Assembly (NCBI GenBank): GCA_964016885.1
Contig: OZ024742.1
Location: 369,954,001 to 370,018,000 of the forward strand
Reading direction: 5' to 3'
Origin: Eledone cirrhosa
Lineage: Eukaryota
DNA length: 64,000 nt
The notes beneath the pieces were generated by a model that did not search any database, was not told the origin of the DNA, and was given only the letters and a program-made list of their open reading frames with translations. Below are positions 58,918 through 64,000 of the stretch, piece by piece (position 1 is the first letter of the stretch; the number at the start of each line of letters is the position of its first letter). Position numbers and translations under genes: made by a program.

Positions 58918-59102
58918 GGGCGGTGGATTGGCAGAACTGGTAGACGGTTGGACATACTTTCCAGCATAGTTACATCCCTTTATGACCCGAGTTCAAATCC
59001 TGCCGAGGTTAACTTTGCCTTTCATCCTTACGAGGTCGATAAAATAAAGTACCAGTAATGTACTGGGTAATTGCTGGCCTTGCCGAAAGTAGAAACAATT
59101 AT
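58918..59102 (+). mobile_element. tRNA-derived SINE, family A
   Basis: Head GGGCGGTGGATTGGCAGAACTGG (A-box-like) and B-box GAGTTCAAATCC (58989-59000). Central GCCTTTCATCCTTACGAGGTCGATAAAATAAAGTACCAG resembles, from memory, a Meta/MESC-type SINE domain. The 3' end is AGAAACAATTAT. A homologous copy lies on the minus strand at 63709-63957. Confidence 0.85.
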
Positions 59103-59164
59103 AACAGTTTGGCCCCTACCATTATAGTGTGTATTGGGTCGTCTATTCATATATTTATACCAGT

Positions 59165-59793
59165 AGAAGAGTCTTCTCCAGTGCTGCATATTTCTAATCC
59201 TTTAAGTTCTTTGTCATCTCTATAGTAAGATTCAGCTTCTTAACCCTTCAGCATTTACATTACTCTATATTTACTATTGTATTTTAATGGTAAACACTTT
59301 ATCTCACATAATATCAAATCTATGAGATTTTGATATAATTTGAGAACATTACCTTAACATAAGTATGAGCAGCCAGTTTGAACGGAAAGAGGTGAGAGAA
59401 TTCTGACCGGATACAGTTTAAATGCTAAAGGGTTAAAGTTGGTCTTCACTACTTCATCCCATTTCTCAGGTCTCTGGCAGATTCCATCCACTAATATTTC
59501 TCTGCATTTCTTTATACTGCTATCATCATACACACACGTCTATACCAACACAGTCTTCTCTGTTGAACACTAGATCTAATTTCTCTTAAAGCTTAGTTTT
59601 TTTCTCTCAGTTTACTTATGCTGCATCATTCATGCACATAACATTCACCAGAGCATACTAGTTTCATTTCTCTAGTATCGCCAGATCTTCTGTTGAGGTC
59701 ATCACAGAGTCTATCCTTCACTTGGAGTTGTTAGCCTCCTAAGTCTCTTCCAATATCTTCTTACTCTCACTACTACCCTTTCAAAGCACCCCC
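59165..59793 (-). pseudogene. Decayed non-LTR retrotransposon (RTE-like) ORF2 C-terminal fragment, interrupted by a MITE
   Basis: Minus-strand translation gives frameshifted segments NETSML, SKLREK, RSSVQQRRLCWY, DDSSIKKCR, VDGIC and WDEVVKTNFKKLNLTIEMTKNLKD*KYAALEKT. These resemble the RTE ORF2 end (RRLRWYGH...GRPRKTW). Several indels and stops are present. Confidence 0.75.
59244..59432. mobile_element. piggyBac-like MITE (189 bp) with TTAA target-site duplication
   Basis: TTAA at 59240-59243 and 59433-59436. TIRs CCCTTCAGCATTTA (59244-59257) and TAAATGCTAAAGGG (59419-59432) are 13/14 complementary. CCCT termini with a TTAA TSD are the piggyBac superfamily hallmark. No ORF. Confidence 0.85.
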
Positions 59794-60045
59794 CATCATC
59801 ATCATCATCGTTTAACATCTATCTTCCACGCTAGCATGTGTTAGACGGGAATTGTCCCACTTGAGGCAAGATTGGTCGGGTGACTGTGTCTTGCTTGTAT
59901 AGGACTATCTGGCAGGTTTTCTACGGCTGGATGCCCTTCCTAACACCAACCACGTTTACAATGTGGACTGGGAGGTTTTTACCGTGTTACCTACACGGCC
60001 ACATTACAACGTGGACTGTGTGTTTTTTGTGACACCTACATGACC
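59794..60045 (-). mobile_element. SINE family B 3' portion with (GAT)n tail
   Basis: (CAT)5 followed by CGTTTAACATC...CTAGCATGTGTTAGACGG...TTTCTACGGCTGGATGCCCTTCCTAACACCAACC. Reverse-complement homologous to 60211-60461 and 61261-61433. Confidence 0.8.
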
Positions 60046-60210
60046 TCATTAGTTTGGACTGAATGTTGTGGTACCAACATAAGTTTATAGAGAAAGGGGT
60101 GGTGTTGGTGGGAGGATGAAGCAGGGGTAGTGGGTTGGGGTGTATATTTGGTTAAGTGGTGCCTATATATATATATATACATACAATATAGACAATATGC
60201 CCCCCCCCCC

Positions 60211-60461
60211 ACTGCAAGGTGGTTGTGGAGGTGCCACGGCAAAAAAGCACCCAGCCCACACTCTAAAGTGGACGTGTAGGCGCCATGAAAAAGCACCCAA
60301 CACTCACTGTAAATGAGGTTGGTGTTAGGAAGGGTATCCAGCCGTAGAAATCAAGCCAAGGCATGGTCAGACGACCAGACACTGCCCATAACAGGACAAT
60401 CCGTCTAACCCATGCTAGCGTGGAAGAACGGATGTAAAACGGCGATGATGATGATGATGAT
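60211..60461 (+). mobile_element. SINE family B, 5'-truncated, (GAT)n tail
   Basis: GGTGCCACGGCAAAAAAGCACCC...GGTTGGTGTTAGGAAGGGTATCCAGCCGTAGAAA...GTCTAACCCATGCTAGCGTGGAA...(GAT)6. The AAAAAGCACCC segment is duplicated internally. Confidence 0.85.
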
Positions 60462-60463
60462 AT

Positions 60464-60650
60464 ATCATTGTCTGCTTTCCCTGCTAGCAAGGGTCGGACG
60501 GGTCTACATAGACCAAGTCAGTACTGAAGCAGGGCCATTAACTACCCAGACAGGCAGGGCCTGTATCTCACTCACTAGGAAGGTTGTCATGTCTTTGACA
60601 TAACTGAAGGGTCCTTCTAACCCTATGTTTGGCAGGATTTCTACAACTGG
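60464..60650 (-). mobile_element. Degenerate SINE family B tail fragment
   Basis: GTCTGCTTTCCCTGCTAGCAAGGGTCGGACGG resembles 61515-61548, and GGCAGGATTTCTACAACTGG resembles GGCAGGTTTTCTACGGCTGG at 59911-59930. Confidence 0.55.
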
Positions 60651-60975
60651 CCCTTATATATACATTTTTTTTTGGTAAGTGACAGGGACTTCGAAGTTTT
60701 AGCTTGGTGAAACCACAAAACTGAAATTTTGAAGGTTCAAAGTTGAAGAAAGGGTTAGGGAACTTCTCTTAGAATTCATAGGGCTAAGAAATTTTCTGGG
60801 ATGAGGTGGGAGATAGAGTACAAGATATTCAAAAGCTCCTTCCCCCTTGGCTTTCCAACCCCACCCCGGGGCTTATGTATCACCTAATCCCATTCTAACA
60901 GGCTTCCGTAAAACACATTTTCAATTGAAGAAGTCCAAGAAAGAAGTGAAGAAAGTCGCCATATTGTCAGATTTG

Positions 60976-60976
<1 letters not shown>

Positions 60977-61009
<33 letters not shown>

Positions 61010-61016
61010 TATTATT
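60977..61016. repeat. (ATT)n microsatellite
   Basis: About 13 ATT units with one interruption. Confidence 0.95.
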
Positions 61017-61153
61017 TAATTTACAGTAGAATACAAGTTGTTTTCATGGAATAGAAGTTGATAATCATGAAGAGATCATTGTTACAAGAGGTTTAGGTTT
61101 GGCAGTTTCTCAAAGATTCTTTTAAACAGATTTCTTTGAGGTGCTAGTTTGTT

Positions 61154-61174
61154 TACACAAACACACACACACAC

Positions 61175-61227
<53 letters not shown>

Positions 61228-61260
61228 CATATATATATATACATGCATATACATACATAC
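61154..61260. repeat. Compound (AC)n/(AT)n/(ATAC)n microsatellite
   Basis: Read directly from the sequence. Confidence 0.95.
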
Positions 61261-61433
61261 GTCCCTATCATTCCACTGCAAAGTGATCATGCAGGTGCCA
61301 CAGAAAAAAAGCACCCAGCACTCACTGTAAATGGGGTTGGTGTTAGGAAGGGCATCCAGCTGTAGAAATCAAGCTAGAATCAGTTCCCGTCCCACCCTTG
61401 CAAGCAGGGAAAAAGCGGACATAAAATGATGAT
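61261..61433 (+). mobile_element. SINE family B, 5'-truncated copy
   Basis: 61261-61420 is 151/160 identical, ungapped, to the reverse complement of 61515-61674. It ends in AAATGATGAT. Confidence 0.9.
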
Positions 61434-61486
61434 ACACATATATATATATGCATACATACATTCATATATACATACACACACATATA

Positions 61487-61829
61487 TTTTCATTTCATTT
61501 TCATTTCATTGTACGTCCGCTTTTTCCCTGCTTGCAAGGGTGGGACGGGAATTGATTCTGGCTTGATTTCTACAGCTGGATGCCCTTCCTAACACCAACC
61601 TCATTTACAGTGAGTGCTGGGTGCTTTTTTGCCGTGGCACCTCCACGACCACTTTGCAGTGGAGTGATAGGGACCCCAGTCCTATCATCTCATTTCTACA
61701 GCTCAGTAAACTGGAGCAATGTGAAATAAAGTGTCTTGCTCAAGGAAACAACACACCACCTGGTCTGAGAATTGAACTCACAACCTTTTGATTGCAAGGC
61801 CAATGCTCTAACCACTAAGCCATGTGCCT

Positions 61830-61831
<2 letters not shown>
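61487..61831 (-). mobile_element. Apparently full-length SINE family B: tRNA head, CORE-like domain, LINE-like tail
   Basis: Minus strand starts GGAGGCACATGGCTTAGTGGTTAGAGC. A box TGGCTTAGTGG at 61812-61822 and B box GTTCAATTC at 61769-61777. CORE-like CCTTGAGCAAGACACTTTATTTCACATTGCTCCAGTTTACT follows, then the tail shared with the other family B copies and an (AAATG)n end. Confidence 0.88.

Positions 61832-61900
<69 letters not shown>
61832..61900. repeat. (AT)n then (AC)n microsatellite
   Basis: About 26 AT units followed by about 9 AC units. Confidence 0.95.
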
Positions 61901-62055
61901 GATTAGCAAAACATTATTCTCAGAGTCAAATGATTTATTTTACATCATTAAGGATGAGAGCTATACATTATATATATATATACACGTGTGTATTTTGAAC
62001 TATTTATATTTTGAACTAAATATATTCTACAGTAGATCCTCAATTAATTCATCCC

Positions 62056-62091
62056 TATATACACATACACACATATATATATACACACATA

Positions 62092-62122
<31 letters not shown>

Positions 62123-62133
62123 GTCTGTGTGTA
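62056..62133. repeat. Mixed AT/AC/GT dinucleotide tract
   Basis: Read directly from the sequence. Confidence 0.85.
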
Positions 62134-62574
62134 TAGGCTACCAATAGATTCTAACTATCTTCAAAATCTAATTACGATATTGAAAAAAAAAAATTTTTTT
62201 AAATTAATATTTTCTTCAGTAAATCACAGAATAAGATAAAAATGCCTGAAAAAATAAGTCATAAAACCATAAAATCAGTAAATTTTAAGATATAACTTAG
62301 ATACAGATAAACAATTTTTTTCCTTTATTTTTTTTTTGTTTTGTTTAAATGAAATTTATTGGATTAATAGATTGCACATAATTAGGAATACTGTTTATTA
62401 TTATTATTACTGTATTATTATGCTCATGTTATGGCACAGAAATAGGCCTTGTTTTAAAATTCTTGCTCATTTGAAATAAATAAACATCCGTAGTTTAAAT
62501 ATGACCAGAAAGGACCAAATAGCAATAATTATCAAATTATAATAATGACAATAATAATGATAAATGTAATAATT

Positions 62575-63324
62575 ATATATATATATATAGTGTAGCTGTA
62601 CATATATAATTATGTATATATAATACAATATAACATGTTATATAAATATATATATATATATAGTGTAGCTATAAATATATAATTATGTATATATAATACA
62701 ATATAACGTTATATAAATATATATATATATATAGCTATACATATATAATTATGTATATATAATACAATATAACATGTTATATAAATATATATATATAGTG
62801 TAACTATACATATATAATTATGTATATATAATACAATATAACATATTATATAAATATATATATATAGTGTAGCTATAAATATATAATTATGTATATATAA
62901 TACAATATAACATGTTATATAAATATATATATATATATATATAGCTATACATATATAATTATGTATATATAATACAATATAACATGTTATATAAATATAT
63001 ATATATAGTGTAGCTATACATATATTATTATGTATATATAATACAATATAACATGTTATATAAATATATATATAGTGTAGCTATACATATATTATTATGT
63101 ATATATAATACAATATAACATGTTATATAAATATATATATAGTGTAGCTATACATATATTATTATGTATATATAATACAATATAACATGTTATATAAATA
63201 TATATATAGTGTAGCTATACATATATTATTATGTATATATAATACAATATAACATGTTATATAAATATATATATAGTGTAGCTATACATATATTATTATG
63301 TATATATAATACAATGTTATATAT
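62575..63324. repeat. AT-rich minisatellite, ~67-bp unit, about 11 copies
   Basis: Unit GTAGCTATACATATATTATTATGTATATATAATACAATATAACATGTTATATAAATATATATATAGT recurs at 63010, 63077, 63144, 63211 and 63278 (period 67). Earlier units vary in (AT)n length. Confidence 0.95.
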
Positions 63325-63450
63325 TTTAAGCAGTGTAAACAAAAATAGAAACAAATGACAAAATAGAGTGAAAAGAAAAGGAAGACGAGATGTGGAGATG
63401 GACATTTTTGAAATTAAAGTAAAAATAAAAGATATCTGGAAGTTGGAGTA

Positions 63451-63526
63451 TGAGGAGTAGGAGGAGGAGTAGGAGTGGTGGTAGGAGGAGGAGGAAGAGG
63501 AGTAGTGGTAGTAGGAGTAGAAGAGA
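63451..63526. repeat. Purine-rich (GAG/GTA)n low-complexity tract
   Basis: GAGGAGTAGGAGGAGGAGTAGGAGTGGTGGTAGG... Confidence 0.85.
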
Positions 63527-63708
63527 AACAAAAATGGTTAAATTTTCAAAAATATCCGAAAACATTTTTTCTCAACTTTAGATGAGAATTGGAATGCTTA
63601 TTGATTAATTAGTTAATTAAGCAACTAATTACTTAAAACTTAATCAAAAATACCCCCCACCCCATTGTATTTAAAACTGAATTTCTCAGCAGCTTTACAG
63701 GTTTAGAT

Positions 63709-63957
63709 AAATAATTGTTTCTAGTTTAGGGGGACACAAGGGGAGGTTGGGAAAGGGACACACGGGGAGGGGACACACGGGGGGGGGGGGGGGGGGGCAC
63801 AAGGAGAGGCGGAAGTTGGCTGGTATTTTACCGATTCCAGAAGTATGAATCGCAGAATTAACCATGGCAGGATCTGAACTCGGCCCGTAAAGAGCTAAAA
63901 GAGATATTGCAATGCATTTTGTCTGATGCTCTATCGATTCTGCAAATCCACCGCCCC
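63709..63957 (-). mobile_element. tRNA-derived SINE, family A, with an expanded 3' segment
   Basis: Reverse complement reads GGGGCGGTGGATTTGCAGAATC...GAGTTCAGATCCTGCCATGGTTAATTCTGCGATTCATACTTC...AAAATACCAG...CCTTGTG...AGAAACAATTATT, colinear with 58918-59102. Confidence 0.8.
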
Positions 63958-64000
63958 TAGGGGTTTCAGTAAAAGGGAGAGGGAAGCAAAGAATACCCAC

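Noticed and set aside
58780-59058. 92-aa ORF at the array edge
   Set aside because: It runs through a SINE remnant and the family A SINE, and has no recognisable domain.
58906-59106. ATTATAACA direct repeat as TSD of the family A SINE
   Set aside because: Plausible but uncertain. ATTAT is also part of the element's own 3' end in the second copy, and the sequence is low complexity.
61760-61831. Functional tRNA gene
   Set aside because: A and B boxes are present, but the acceptor stem does not pair and the sequence continues into CORE-like and tail domains, so it is a SINE head.
63601-63647. Nested AT-rich inverted repeat (TAATTAGTT/AACTAATTA)
   Set aside because: Short and nearly all A/T, so expected by chance in this composition.
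60036-64000. Remaining short ORFs in the supplied track
   Set aside because: All overlap SINEs, microsatellites or low-complexity tracts (YIYI, poly-I, poly-S, poly-L, poly-P translations).

Overview
Eukaryotic, non-genic window. Bases 1-~58773 are one uninterrupted head-to-tail tandem array of a 76-bp monomer (about 780 copies, with 73-75-bp indel variants). The array shows irregular higher-order structure: a recurring 12-monomer cassette, tandem duplications of 1.1, 2.3 and 6.2 kb, and variants confined to parts of the array. The last ~5.2 kb is a retroposon-dense flank. It holds two tRNA-derived SINE families, a decayed RTE-type LINE ORF2 fragment split by a TTAA-flanked piggyBac-like MITE, a 160-bp inverted SINE pair, microsatellites and a 67-bp AT-rich minisatellite. 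From my recollection of these SINE sequences the source looks like an octopus or other coleoid cephalopod, which I could not verify. No protein-coding gene is supported, and all ORFs in the supplied track look like repeat artefacts. The most interesting signal is that the satellite monomer matches the 3' tail of the SINE family in the flank, and the array end runs on into a second motif of that SINE. This suggests the >58-kb satellite arose in place from a SINE tail.
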